Both the position numbers and the translations under genes were made by a program. Shown here piece after piece: positions 29,070 through 39,091 of a stretch of 64,000 bases of DNA (position 1 is its first letter; the number at the start of each line of letters is the position of its first letter). The notes beneath the pieces were generated by a model that was not told the DNA's origin, did no database searches, and worked only from the letters and a program-made list of their open reading frames with translations. Location: assembly GCA_027021705.1 (NCBI GenBank), contig JALUTT010000008.1, forward strand, positions 10,365 through 74,364. The letters run 5' to 3'. Source of the DNA: Anaerolineae bacterium (GTDB taxonomy: Bacteria > Chloroflexota > Anaerolineae > S140-20).

Positions 29070-30719
29070 ATGGAGGCCGAGAACCTGCGCTGGTGGGGAT
29101 GGGGACGGCGGGATGTCTCCTACTCGCTGGAGGGACGGGAGCGCTTTTGGCCCTTCCTGCAGGAACGGCTGGGTATCTCCGGACAGGTCGTCTCCCGCCC
29201 GCCTCCCTTGGAGGCGATCCTCTTGCCCCCGTCGCGTCTGACGCCGAGGGACCGGACCCACTTGGAGCGCTTGGTCGGCCCGGACGGCTGCCGGACCGAC
29301 AGACGGACCCGCATCGAGCACGCCTACGGCAAGGGGTACCGGGACCTGATCCGGGCGCGGCGAGGGGAGTTCTCCCACCCCCCCGATGCCGTCCTCTACC
29401 CCTCCGACGAGCAGCAGGTGGCCGCCCTCCTGGCCTGGGCGGCGGAGCGGGAGGTGGCCATCATCCCCTTCGGCGGAGGTTCCAGCGTCACCGGTGGCGT
29501 GGAGCCCCCGGAGGACCGCCCCGCCATTACGCTGGACCTGGCCCGGCTGAACCGGGTGCTGGCCTTGGACCTTCGTTCCCAGACGGCGACGGTGGAGGCC
29601 GGTATCTTGGGGCCGGACCTGGAGGCAGCGCTGAACGACCAGGGCTTCACCTTGGGCCACTTCCCTCAGTCTTTCCAGTTCAGCACCCTGGGCGGCTGGA
29701 TCGCCACCCGGGGGGCGGGGGCTACCTCCATCCGCTACGGCAAGATCGAGGCGATGGTCGAGGCGCTGCGGGTGGTCACGCCGGTGGGGGTGATCGAGAC
29801 CAGCCCGCTTCCGGCCGAGGCCGCTGGTCCCGACCTGAAGGCGCTCCTCGTCGGCTCCGAGGGGACCCTGGGCGTCATCACCCAGGCCACGCTGCGGATC
29901 CACCCCCTCCCCTCCGTGCGCCAGGGGGAGGGGCTCCTCTTCCCCTCCTTCGAGGCCGGCGTCGAGGCGGTTCGGACGATGCTCCAGAGCGGCACCCCAC
30001 CGGCGATGGTCCGCCTCTCCGACGCCGAGGAGACGACCGCCTACTGGGCCTTCAGCCCCACCCACCGGGGCTGGAAGGGGGTGCGGGACCGGCTGGTGGC
30101 GGCCTATTTGGCCCGGCGGGGCTACGGCCTGGACCAGGGAAGCTGCCTGATGGTGGTCCAGTACGAGGGGAGTTCCGACGAGGCCACCTTCCAGCGGCGC
30201 ACCGCCCGCCGGGCCAGACGGGCCTACGGCGGCCTCTCCCTCGGCTCCGGCCCCTTCCGCGCCTTCTACCGGGACCGCTACGCCACCCCCTATCTGCGGG
30301 ACCTGCTGCTGGACTACGGGCTGATGGTGGACACGCTGGAGACGGCGACGACCTGGGAGAGGCTGTTCCCCCTCTACCAGGCCCTGACCCAGGCCATCCG
30401 TCGGGCCATCCTGGTCCAGGCGCCGGGAGCCCTGGTGATGACCCACCTCTCCCACGCCTACCGGGATGGCGGCTCCCTCTACGTCACTTTTATGGGCCGA
30501 CAGGCGAAGGACCCCATCGCCCAGTGGTGGATGGTCAAGCGGACGGCGATGGACATCCTCATCACCCACGGCGGGGCGATCAGCCACCACCACGGCGTGG
30601 GCCGAGATCACGTCCCTTGGCTGGCCCGTCAGCGGGGGTCGCAGGGGATGGACGCGCTACGGGCGCTGAAACGGACACTGGACCCTCAGGGGATTATGAA
30701 CCCGGGGGTGCTCCTGTAG
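29070..30719 (+). CDS. FAD-linked oxidase, alkyl-DHAP-synthase-like
   Basis: PFGGGSSV, GHFPQSFQFSTLGGW, GSEGTLG, HHHGVG, DPQGIMNPG. Confidence 0.9.
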   Translation: MEAENLRWWGWGRRDVSYSLEGRERFWPFLQERLGISGQVVSRPPPLEAILLPPSRLTPRDRTHLERLVGPDGCRTDRRTRIEHAYGKGYRDLIRARRGEFSHPPDAVLYPSDEQQVAALLAWAAEREVAIIPFGGGSSVTGGVEPPEDRPAITLDLARLNRVLALDLRSQTATVEAGILGPDLEAALNDQGFTLGHFPQSFQFSTLGGWIATRGAGATSIRYGKIEAMVEALRVVTPVGVIETSPLPAEAAGPDLKALLVGSEGTLGVITQATLRIHPLPSVRQGEGLLFPSFEAGVEAVRTMLQSGTPPAMVRLSDAEETTAYWAFSPTHRGWKGVRDRLVAAYLARRGYGLDQGSCLMVVQYEGSSDEATFQRRTARRARRAYGGLSLGSGPFRAFYRDRYATPYLRDLLLDYGLMVDTLETATTWERLFPLYQALTQAIRRAILVQAPGALVMTHLSHAYRDGGSLYVTFMGRQAKDPIAQWWMVKRTAMDILITHGGAISHHHGVGRDHVPWLARQRGSQGMDALRALKRTLDPQGIMNPGVLL

Positions 30720-30739
30720 AACTGAGGGAAGGAGGGAAG

Positions 30740-31378
30740 ATGGACGAGATCGCACTGCTGGAGCGGTTGCACTGGCTGGGCCACAGCAGCTTCCGGCTGG
30801 ACGGCCCGCCGACCCTCTACTTCGATCCCTGGAAGGTGCCGGCCGACGCTCCCCCGGCGGAGATCATCCTGGTCAGCCACGACCACTTCGACCACTGCTC
30901 GCCGGAGGACGTGAAACGGATCAGCGGCCCCCAGACGGTGATCGTGGCCAATCCCTCGGCGGCGGGCAAGCTGAAGGGGTTCACCGTGCAGGTCCTGCGT
31001 CCGGGGGAGCGGACGACCGTCGGAGAGGTGGAGATCGAGGCGGTGCCTGCCTACAACGTGGGCAAGCCCTTCCACCCCCGCAGGGCCGACCATGTGGGCT
31101 TCGTCGTCACGGTGGGCGGGGAGCGCCTCTACTTCGCCGGGGACACCGACCTGATCCCGGAGATGGCCCAGGTGCGCTGCGACGTCGCCTTGCTGCCGGT
31201 GAGCGGCACCTACGTGATGACGGCTGAGGAGGCTGCCCAGGCGGCCCGGCGGATCAACCCCTGCATCGCCATCCCGATGCACTACGGCGGGGGTGTGGTC
31301 GGGACGCGGGCCGACGCCGAGCGCTTCCGAGACCTCTACGAGGGGGAGGTGGTCATCCTGGAGGCGGAGGGGGCGTGA
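30740..31378 (+). CDS. MBL-fold metallo-hydrolase
   Basis: RBS AAGGAGG; WLGHSS, SHDHFDH, AGDTD, PMHY. Confidence 0.9.
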   Translation: MDEIALLERLHWLGHSSFRLDGPPTLYFDPWKVPADAPPAEIILVSHDHFDHCSPEDVKRISGPQTVIVANPSAAGKLKGFTVQVLRPGERTTVGEVEIEAVPAYNVGKPFHPRRADHVGFVVTVGGERLYFAGDTDLIPEMAQVRCDVALLPVSGTYVMTAEEAAQAARRINPCIAIPMHYGGGVVGTRADAERFRDLYEGEVVILEAEGA

Positions 31379-32100
31379 TGGCCGTCGCCCACCCCTCCGA
31401 CCCTGAAGCAACGGCCTGGCAGGCGCTGGAGGCAGAGATCGTCGCCTGCCGGGCCTGCCCCCGGCTGGTGGCCTGGCGCGAGCAGGTAGCCCGGGAGAAG
31501 CGACGGGCCTACCGGGATGAGGTCTACTGGGGCCGGCCGGTGCCCGGCTTTGGGGACCCGGCGGCCCGCCTGGCCATCGTCGGGCTGGCCCCGGCAGCCC
31601 ACGGGGCCAACCGCACAGGCCGCCTCTTCACCGGCGACAGTTCGGGCCGGACCTTGATCCCGGCCCTCTATCGGGCGGGCTTTGCCAACCAGCCCACCTC
31701 CGCCCATCGAGAGGATGGCCTGGAGCTCTGCGACGCCTTCCTCACCGCCGTCGTCCGCTGCGCACCGCCCAAGAACCGCCCCACCCGGGAGGAACTCCGC
31801 ACCTGCCTGCCCTTCCTGCGGCGGGAGCTGGCCCTGTTGCCCAACCTGACGGTCGTGCTAGCCCTGGGGCAGATCGCCATGGAGGGGCTGCGGATCATGT
31901 GGCGGGAGGAGGGCCACCCCATCCCCCGGCTGGCTTTTCGCCACGGAGCCGTCTACACCCTGCCGCCCCCGCTGCCCACGCTGCTCGTCTCCTACCACCC
32001 CAGCCGGCAGAACACCCAGACGGGACGTCTCACCGATGCGATGCTGGACGCCATCTTTCGACAGGCCCGGCACCTCATCGAATCCCCCGCCCCTCCCTAA
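31375..32100 (+). CDS. Uracil-DNA glycosylase family 5 (UdgB-like)
   Basis: CxxCPRL, GLAPAAHGANRTGR.FTGD, HPSRQN. Confidence 0.9.
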   Translation: MMAVAHPSDPEATAWQALEAEIVACRACPRLVAWREQVAREKRRAYRDEVYWGRPVPGFGDPAARLAIVGLAPAAHGANRTGRLFTGDSSGRTLIPALYRAGFANQPTSAHREDGLELCDAFLTAVVRCAPPKNRPTREELRTCLPFLRRELALLPNLTVVLALGQIAMEGLRIMWREEGHPIPRLAFRHGAVYTLPPPLPTLLVSYHPSRQNTQTGRLTDAMLDAIFRQARHLIESPAPP

Positions 32101-32272
32101 CCCGATCGGGGAGAGCAGCCCAAGGCCCGCGATCAGAACGACTCACGGTCGGCATACGATGAAACCCCGGCTCCACATCGGCAAGACCGGGGTTCTGCTG
32201 AGATCGGACGGGGGTGGGCGGGAGAGCCCATCGAGGGACGACCAGCGCCGGTGCCCTTCCTACGCTACCGCG

Positions 32273-32518
32273 CTAGAAGGTCTCATCGTCCCACAAGGGC
32301 TCTTCATCTTCGTCCCACAGCTCCTCCTCTTCCTCCTCGTCCCACACCTCTTCCCATTCCTCTTCCAGGTCGTAGTCTAGCGCGTAATCCAGCTCGGGAG
32401 GGTCCAGCCCTACCACCTCCAGCTCGATGCCGCAGGAAGGACAGTCGAGCATATCGCCGATCTCGGCGTCCTCCGGGAGCCGAATGATCACTTCGCAGTC
32501 GGGACATCGGGCGATCAC
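32273..32518 (-). CDS. LysW-like zinc-ribbon protein with acidic Trp-rich tail
   Basis: RBS AAAGGAGG + GTG; CPDC..CPSCGIELEVV.LDP; no terminal EDWGE. Confidence 0.75.
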   Translation of the reverse strand: MIARCPDCEVIIRLPEDAEIGDMLDCPSCGIELEVVGLDPPELDYALDYDLEEEWEEVWDEEEEEELWDEDEEPLWDDETF

Positions 32519-32592
32519 GGCGATCCCCTCCTTTGCAGCCTGGGATTTCGGATTCCAAGGGTTCCGATTCAAAATACCACGACTTTCAGGGG

Positions 32593-32621
32593 TTGTCAAG
32601 AGGGAAAAGTCCGCTTATAAT
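32593..32621 (+). promoter_or_regulatory. Sigma70-like promoter; GT2 mRNA probably leaderless; overlaps a divergent TTGACA
   Basis: TTGTCA-17 bp-TATAAT, ATG 8 nt downstream of the -10, no RBS. Confidence 0.55.
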
Positions 32622-32629
32622 TGCTTGCT

Positions 32630-33616
32630 ATGCAGGTCTCCGTGATCGTCACCGTGTTGAACGAAGCCGAGAGCCTGCCGGCGCTGCTGGACTCCCTGGC
32701 GGCCCAGACCCGTCCGCCGGACGAGGTGGTCGTCGTGGACGGGGGGTCCCGCGACGGCACGCTGGCCCTCCTGCGGGCGGAGCGACGGCTCCCCCTGCGG
32801 ATCCTCGAAGCGCCGGGGACGAACATCTCCCAGGGGCGCAACCTGGCTATCGCCCAGGCGCGAGGGGAGATCATCGCCAGCACCGACGCCGGCGTCCGGC
32901 TGGATCCGGGCTGGCTGGCGGCGCTGGTCGCCCCCTTCGAGGGGGCGGACCCGCCGATGGTCGTGGCCGGCTTCTTCCGTCCGGCCCCCCAGACCCTCTT
33001 CGAGGTGGCGATGGGGGCCACCGTCCTGCCGGAGCTGCGGGACGTCAACCCCGCCACCTTCCTCCCCTCCAGCCGCTCCGTTGCCTTCCGCAAGGCGGCC
33101 TGGGAGGCGGTGGGGGGCTACCCGGAGTGGCTGGACTACTGCGAGGACCTGATCTTCGACCTGCGGCTGCGGGAGCAGTTCGGCCCCTTCACCTTCGTGC
33201 CGGAGGCGGTGGTCTACTTCCGGCCCCGCTCCAGCCTGCGGGCCTTCTTCCGTCAGTACTACCTCTACGCCCGGGGCGACGGCAAGGCGGGCCTCTGGCC
33301 CCGCCGCCACTTGATCCGCTACCTGACCTACCTGGTGGCCGTCCCCCTCATCGGGCTGGCCGGGCTTCTGCAAGGGCCGGCCTGGTGGGGGCTCTACCTG
33401 CTCTCGGTGCCCTTTATGTTCGCCACACCCTGGCGGCGGCTGACCCGGCTCTGGGTCGGCTACGGCCCTCTGGACCGGCTGCGGGCCTTCTTCTGGGTAC
33501 CCATCATCCGCGTCACCGGCGACCTGGCCAAGATGATCGGCTATCCGGTGGGCTGCTGGTGGCGACTTCGGTCGAGTAGTCCTCAGTCGGATAGTCCACA
33601 GTCCTGGGTCGAGTAG
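32630..33616 (+). CDS. Glycosyltransferase family 2
   Basis: VSVIVTVLNE, VDGGSRDGT, GRNLAI, TDAG, ED motif, C-terminal TM segments. Confidence 0.92.
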   Translation: MQVSVIVTVLNEAESLPALLDSLAAQTRPPDEVVVVDGGSRDGTLALLRAERRLPLRILEAPGTNISQGRNLAIAQARGEIIASTDAGVRLDPGWLAALVAPFEGADPPMVVAGFFRPAPQTLFEVAMGATVLPELRDVNPATFLPSSRSVAFRKAAWEAVGGYPEWLDYCEDLIFDLRLREQFGPFTFVPEAVVYFRPRSSLRAFFRQYYLYARGDGKAGLWPRRHLIRYLTYLVAVPLIGLAGLLQGPAWWGLYLLSVPFMFATPWRRLTRLWVGYGPLDRLRAFFWVPIIRVTGDLAKMIGYPVGCWWRLRSSSPQSDSPQSWVE

Positions 33617-33799
33617 TCCTTGGTCGGGTGGTCGGTTGGTCGGGTGGTCGGGTGGTCGGGTGGTCGGGTGGTCGGGTGGTCGGGTGGTCAAGTGGTCTGT
33701 TGGTCGCCTGGTCGGTTAGTCGGTTGGTCGGTTGGCTTGGTCTGTGGTCGTTGATCGGCGGTCGGCCGTCGGTGGTCGGCGGTCGGCCGTCGGCGGTCG
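33570..33799. repeat. TGGTCGGG octamer array followed by GGTCGGC heptamers
   Basis: About eight near-perfect octamers at 33621-33690 with degenerate flanks. Confidence 0.9.
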
Positions 33800-33820
33800 T
33801 GCACGCAACAGGAGTTCCCC

Positions 33821-34441
33821 ATGTCCTGGATTCGCTCGTGGTTCCGTCGTGAACGGATCGGCCTGACGCTGGTGATCCTGGCCCTCATCGTGCTGCTCTT
33901 GGCCTGGATAGCTCCCCAGGACCGAACGCTCCGGGCCGACAGCCGGATCGTCTACCTGCACGGGGCGCTGGTCTGGGCCGCCATCCTGAGCTTCCTGGCC
34001 GCCGGCCTGGTGGGGCTGGCGGCGCTGGTCTGGGACCGAGGAGCGCTCCACGCCTGGACCCAGGCCCTGGGCCGGACGGCCCTGCTCTTCTGGGCCGGTT
34101 ACCTCCCGCTGAGCATGGTCGCCTCCCGCCAGACCTGGGGCGGCATCTTCTGGCAGGAGCCTCGCTACCGCACCGCCTTCCAGGTCCTGGCTCTCAGCCT
34201 GGCGGTCCAGGCTGCCGGCACCCTCTGGGGGCGACGCCGGATCAGCAGCTTCCTCAACGTCCTGATGGCCGTCGCCCTGGTCTGGCTCCTCACCCACACC
34301 GAAGCGGTGCTGCACCCGGTGAACCCCATCGCCCGTTCGACGCCGATGATCCAGATCTTCTTCGGTCTGCTGGTGGGGGGAACCGGCCTGGCAGCCCTCC
34401 AGGTCGCCCGCTGGCACCGGGCCCGGATTCCCGGCGAGTAG
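33821..34441 (+). CDS. CcmC/CcsA-like cytochrome c biogenesis membrane protein
   Basis: RIVYLHGALVW, TWGGIFWQEPR (WWD-like), LHP. Confidence 0.6.
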   Translation: MSWIRSWFRRERIGLTLVILALIVLLLAWIAPQDRTLRADSRIVYLHGALVWAAILSFLAAGLVGLAALVWDRGALHAWTQALGRTALLFWAGYLPLSMVASRQTWGGIFWQEPRYRTAFQVLALSLAVQAAGTLWGRRRISSFLNVLMAVALVWLLTHTEAVLHPVNPIARSTPMIQIFFGLLVGGTGLAALQVARWHRARIPGE

Positions 34442-34462
34442 GCCGAGCGTAAGGAGACCCCA

Positions 34463-35758
34463 ATGCAGGTAGACCTGATCGTCCAACACGCGGCCCAACT
34501 GTGCACCGTGCCCCGCCACGAGAACGGCCCCCAGCGGGGGGAGCGCCTGGGAGACCTGGGCCTCATCGAGGACGGCGCCGTCGCCATCGCCGACGGGCGG
34601 ATCATCGCCGTCGGCCCCACGCCGGAGGTGCTGGCCGACTACCAGGCGCGGGAAGTGCTGGACGCTCAGGGCAGGGTGGTGACCCCCGGCTTCGTGGACC
34701 CCCACACCCACCTGGTCTGGGCCGGCGACCGGGCCCATGAGTTCGAGTTGCGCATCGGCGGCGCGACCTATATGGACATTATGGCCGCCGGCGGTGGGAT
34801 CATGGCCACCGTCCGGGCCACCCGCGCCGCCTCTCTGGACCAACTCGTCGCCGAGACCCGGCCCCGTCTGGACCGGATGCTGGCCCACGGGACGACGACG
34901 GTGGAGGTGAAGACAGGCTACGGCCTGACGACGGCCGACGAACTAAAGCTGCTGGAGGCGATCCGTTGGCTGGATGCCGACCACCCGGCCACACTGGTCC
35001 CCACCTTCCTGGGCGCCCACGCCGTGCCGGCCGAGTACCGGGGCCGGACCGAGGAATACGTGGACCTGGTTGTCGAGGAGATGCTGCCGGCCGTGGTCGA
35101 ACGGCGGGCCGCCTTCCCTGGCCCCTTCTTCTGCGACGTCTTCTGCGAGGAGGGGGTCTTCGACCTGGCCCAGACGCGCCGGATCCTGGAACGAGCCCAG
35201 GCGCTAGGCTTTGGCCTGAAGCTCCACGCCGACGAGTTCAAACCGCTAGGAGGGACGGCCCTGGCCGTGGCAATGGGGGCCGTCTCGGCAGACCACCTGG
35301 TCCACACCCCACCGGCGGAGATCGAGGTGCTGGGGAGGTCGGCAACGGTGGCCGTCGCTCTCCCCTGCACCCCTTTCGGGCTGGCGGAGCGGGAGTACGC
35401 GCCGGCCCGCGCTCTCCTGAAGGCCGGCGCCGCCTTGGCCCTGGCTACCGACTGCAATCCCGGCACCGCTTGGTGCGAGTCTATGCCCTTCGCTATGGCC
35501 CTGGCCTGCCGCTACATGGGGCTGACGCCGGCCCAGGCCCTGGTGGCCACCACCCTCAACGCCGCCTTCGCCGTCGGACTGGGTGATCGGGTGGGCAGCC
35601 TGGAGGTTGACAAAAACGCCGATCTGCTTATCATAGGAGCGCCGGACTACCGCCACCTGGCCTACCGCTTCGGCACCAACCTGGTCGAGGTAGTGATCAA
35701 AGCGGGGAAAGTCGTAGCAAGGCAGGGGCTTCCTGCCCATCCGACGCCCCCCCACTGA
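34463..35758 (+). CDS. hutI: Imidazolonepropionase
   Basis: PGFVDPHTH, GGGIMATV, EVKTGYG, DVFCE, HADE, ATDCNPG. Confidence 0.95.
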   Translation: MQVDLIVQHAAQLCTVPRHENGPQRGERLGDLGLIEDGAVAIADGRIIAVGPTPEVLADYQAREVLDAQGRVVTPGFVDPHTHLVWAGDRAHEFELRIGGATYMDIMAAGGGIMATVRATRAASLDQLVAETRPRLDRMLAHGTTTVEVKTGYGLTTADELKLLEAIRWLDADHPATLVPTFLGAHAVPAEYRGRTEEYVDLVVEEMLPAVVERRAAFPGPFFCDVFCEEGVFDLAQTRRILERAQALGFGLKLHADEFKPLGGTALAVAMGAVSADHLVHTPPAEIEVLGRSATVAVALPCTPFGLAEREYAPARALLKAGAALALATDCNPGTAWCESMPFAMALACRYMGLTPAQALVATTLNAAFAVGLGDRVGSLEVDKNADLLIIGAPDYRHLAYRFGTNLVEVVIKAGKVVARQGLPAHPTPPH

Positions 35759-35795
35759 CCGCTACCCAACCGTTGATCGCTTCGCAGGAGACCCT

Positions 35796-36800
35796 ATGCT
35801 GGACATCGCCCTCTCACCCCTGGCTCTGACGGTCATCGTCACCGCGCTGATCTTCAATTTCCTCAACGGCTTTCACGACAGCTCCAACCTGGTGGCCACC
35901 GCCATCTCCTCCCACGCCCTCTCACCCCGACGGGCCCTGCTCATCGCGGCGGTGGCCGAGTTCGCCGGCCCCTTCCTCTTCGGCGTTGCCGTCGCCACCA
36001 CCATCGGCCACGAGGTCGTGGTCGAGCAGGCCATCACCCTCCCGATCATCTGGGCCGCCCTGTTGGCCGCCATCCTCTGGAACCTGATCACCTGGTTCTT
36101 CGGCATCCCCTCCAGTTCCTCCCATGCCCTCATCGGGGGGATCATTGGGGCCGTCCTGCTCCGTTCTGGGCAGGCAGCGCTGCGCCAGCAGGGCCTGGTG
36201 AAGGTCATCACCGCCCTGGTCATCTCCCCTCCCATAGGGCTGCTGGTGGGCTACTTCCTGATGCGCCTCACCCTCTTCCTGGCCCGGGGCTTCTCCCCTC
36301 GCATCAACTGGTTCTTCAAGCGGGGGCAGGTGCTCACCGTCCTCTCCCTGGCCCTGAGCCACGGCACCAACGACGCCCAGAAGACGATGGGGGTGATCGC
36401 CATGGTCCTCCTGGCCGATGGGGTCATTTCCTATTTCTACATCCCTACCTGGGTCATCGTCACCAGTGCCGGGGCCATCGCCTTGGGCGTCTCCCTGGGG
36501 GGATGGCGCATCATCAAGACGCTGGGGGGGAAGTTCTACCGTATCCGTCCCATCCACGGCTTCACCGCTCAGCTCGCCTCTGCCGCCGTCATCATCGGTG
36601 CCGCGCTGCTAGGCGGTCCCGTCAGCACCACCCAGGTGGTCAGCTCGGCCATCATGGGCGTGGGCTCGGCCGAGCGCCTTTCCAAAGTCCGCTGGGGTGT
36701 GGCCCAGGAGATCGTTGTCACCTGGATTCTGACCATCCCGGCGACGGCTGCTATGGCCGCTTTGATCTACCAGGTACTCGCTGCGCTACTCGTCCGCTGA
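35796..36800 (+). CDS. pit: Inorganic phosphate transporter, PiT family
   Basis: NGFHDSSN, PSSSSHALIG, HGTNDAQK, PVSTT. Confidence 0.93.
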   Translation: MLDIALSPLALTVIVTALIFNFLNGFHDSSNLVATAISSHALSPRRALLIAAVAEFAGPFLFGVAVATTIGHEVVVEQAITLPIIWAALLAAILWNLITWFFGIPSSSSHALIGGIIGAVLLRSGQAALRQQGLVKVITALVISPPIGLLVGYFLMRLTLFLARGFSPRINWFFKRGQVLTVLSLALSHGTNDAQKTMGVIAMVLLADGVISYFYIPTWVIVTSAGAIALGVSLGGWRIIKTLGGKFYRIRPIHGFTAQLASAAVIIGAALLGGPVSTTQVVSSAIMGVGSAERLSKVRWGVAQEIVVTWILTIPATAAMAALIYQVLAALLVR

Positions 36801-36841
36801 TCCGCCGACCCCCAATCCAACCTTTGCCGAGGTGACATCCT

Positions 36842-37474
36842 ATGAGCTGGCTACGCAACCTCTTCAAAAAACAACCCGATAAGTTCATCGCTCTCCTGAT
36901 CCAACAGGCCGAGTGGACCCTCAAGGGTCTGGAGGACTTGGGCGCGTATATGAAGAACCCCACCGAGGAGATCGCCGAGCGCATCACCCTAGCGGAAAAG
37001 GAAGCCGATGAGGTCCGGCGTATCCTCATCGAGGAACTCAACCGCACCTTCGTCACCCCCATAGACCGGGAGGACATCTACGCCCTCTCCCGGGCCATTG
37101 ACGACGTGTTGGACTACGCTTACACGACCGTGGGGGAGATGGACATCCTGGAGGTAGAGCCCAACGACTACCTGCGCCGGATGACCTCGTTGCTCACCGA
37201 CGCCGCCCGTGAGATCCTGCTGGGTGTCCAGCGGCTCTCCGACCATCCCGGCGTCACCCAGGACCACGCTGTGCGGGCCAAAGCGCTGGAGAACCGAGTG
37301 GAGTGGGTCTATCGGGAGGCGTTGGCCGACCTCTTCCACCAGCCCCAGGATATGGACCATATCATGGAAATCCTGAAGCTGCGGGAGATCTACCGCCACC
37401 TGAGCAACGCCGCCGACCGAGGCGACGAGGCTGCCAACATCCTCTCGGACATCGTGGTCAAGACCACCTGGTGA
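36842..37474 (+). CDS. DUF47/PhoU-like phosphate transport regulator
   Basis: EKEADEVRR, TFVTPIDREDI; adjacent to pit. Confidence 0.9.
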   Translation: MSWLRNLFKKQPDKFIALLIQQAEWTLKGLEDLGAYMKNPTEEIAERITLAEKEADEVRRILIEELNRTFVTPIDREDIYALSRAIDDVLDYAYTTVGEMDILEVEPNDYLRRMTSLLTDAAREILLGVQRLSDHPGVTQDHAVRAKALENRVEWVYREALADLFHQPQDMDHIMEILKLREIYRHLSNAADRGDEAANILSDIVVKTTW

Positions 37475-37480
37475 GGGGGT

Positions 37481-37509
37481 TTGACAGAACCCTCCCGGTG
37501 GACTATAAT
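37481..37509 (+). promoter_or_regulatory. Consensus sigma70 promoter of secDF
   Basis: TTGACA-17 bp-TATAAT. Confidence 0.8.
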
Positions 37510-37573
37510 TCGCCCGTTTGAGCGACGCCTCACGAGACCACACCGTCCACCATCTGTTCCGAGGAAATCCAAG

Positions 37574-39076
37574 ATGCGCGATCGGACTCCCTATTGGTTT
37601 CTCTTCATCATTGTGCTCACCGCTCTGGCCCTCTGGATAGACCTGCCCGTCCAGCACCCTCAGTGGCTGAACGATCTCCTCCTGTGGCAGCCCCAGGAGG
37701 CCCGGGATAACAATCGTAGGCTGGGGCTCGACCCGGTGCGCACCCACCTGGGGCTGGACCTGCAGGGAGGGCTTCAGGTGCTTCTGGAGGCGGACCTACC
37801 GCCGGACCAGACGCTCTCCGAGGGCGCGATGGAGACGGCCCGCCAGATCATCGAGCGGCGGGTCAACGGCCTGGGGCTGGCCGAGCCGCTGGTCCAGTTG
37901 CAGGGGGAGCGACGGATCATCGTCGAGTTGCCGGGCGTCGCCAACCCCGACGAGGCCCTCGCCCTGATCCGGGAGACGGGCCTGCTGGAGTTCGTGAATG
38001 CGGGCCCCTCCTATATCCCGCCCGGCACCCGGGTGCGTACCACTTACGGGACCGGAGAGGCCGACACCGGCCCCGCCGAGGGCGCTGGGACGACCACCGA
38101 GGTCCAAGCCACTCCTACCCTCACCGCTACGACGCCCATCACCGGGAGCGAGGGCCTGACCGCCACCGAGACGATTACACCGACGGAGCCTGCTCTGCCC
38201 CTCCTGGAGACGGTGATGACCGGGGCGGCCCTGCAGGATGCTCAGGTGGTCCGCAACCCCAGGACCGGTGAGATCGAGGTCGCCTTCCAGATCCGCCCCG
38301 AGAAGGCTGCCTTCTTCGAGGAGTTCACCGGCAGCCACATCAACCAGTACCTCTGCATCGTCCTGGACAAGGTGGTGATCTCCTGCCCCGTCATCCGCAA
38401 CGCCATCCGCGAGAACGGTGTCATCCAGGGCCAGTTCACCTTGGCCGAGGCCCGCAACCTGGCCCTGCAGCTCCGCTACGGTGCCCTACCCGTCCCGCTG
38501 CGCATCGAGACGGTCCGCTCCATCGGTGCGACGTTGGGCGAGGACTCTATCCGCAAGAGCATCCGGGCCGGCATCATCGGCGTCCTGGTCGTCTTGTCCT
38601 TCATGCTCATCTACTACCGCTTCCCCGGCTTTCTGGCCGACCTGGCGCTGATCATCTATGCCCTCCTCAACCTGGCCGTCTTCAAGCTGCTGCCGGTGAC
38701 GATGACGTTGCCCGGCATTACCGGCTTCCTCCTCTCCACGGGGATGGCGGTAGACGCCAACATCCTCATCTTCGAGCGGATGAAGGAGGAGCTACGATGG
38801 GGGCGGAGCCTGCGGATGGCCATCGAGGCCGGCTTCGACCGAGCCTGGACCTCCATTCGCGACTCCAATCTCTCCACCATCATCATCTCGGTCATCCTCT
38901 ACTGGTTTGGCACCAACTTCGGGGCCAGCGCCGTCAAGGGCTTCGCCATCACCCTCATCCTGGGGGTGTTGATCAGCATGTTCACCGCCGTCATCGTTAC
39001 GCGGACCTTCCTGCGGCTGGCCTTCCACTGGGTGCAATCCTGGCTGGAAGAACATCCCTGGCTGCTGGGCGTCTGA
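37574..39076 (+). CDS. secD: Protein translocase subunit SecD
   Basis: LGLDLQGG, RRVNGLG, GALP, GMAVDANILIFER. Confidence 0.96.
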   Translation: MRDRTPYWFLFIIVLTALALWIDLPVQHPQWLNDLLLWQPQEARDNNRRLGLDPVRTHLGLDLQGGLQVLLEADLPPDQTLSEGAMETARQIIERRVNGLGLAEPLVQLQGERRIIVELPGVANPDEALALIRETGLLEFVNAGPSYIPPGTRVRTTYGTGEADTGPAEGAGTTTEVQATPTLTATTPITGSEGLTATETITPTEPALPLLETVMTGAALQDAQVVRNPRTGEIEVAFQIRPEKAAFFEEFTGSHINQYLCIVLDKVVISCPVIRNAIRENGVIQGQFTLAEARNLALQLRYGALPVPLRIETVRSIGATLGEDSIRKSIRAGIIGVLVVLSFMLIYYRFPGFLADLALIIYALLNLAVFKLLPVTMTLPGITGFLLSTGMAVDANILIFERMKEELRWGRSLRMAIEAGFDRAWTSIRDSNLSTIIISVILYWFGTNFGASAVKGFAITLILGVLISMFTAVIVTRTFLRLAFHWVQSWLEEHPWLLGV

Positions 39077-39091
39077 GCATCAGGAGGCACG

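Noticed and set aside
28958..31378. 806 aa ORF suggesting a fusion with the MBL hydrolase
   Set aside because: Upstream part is an off-frame overlap of the FAD oxidase; the hydrolase has its own RBS and ATG at 30740
33570..33799. Possible CRISPR array (also 3772-3921 and 7145-7389)
   Set aside because: Units are 7-8 nt with no unique spacers, and there are no cas genes in the window
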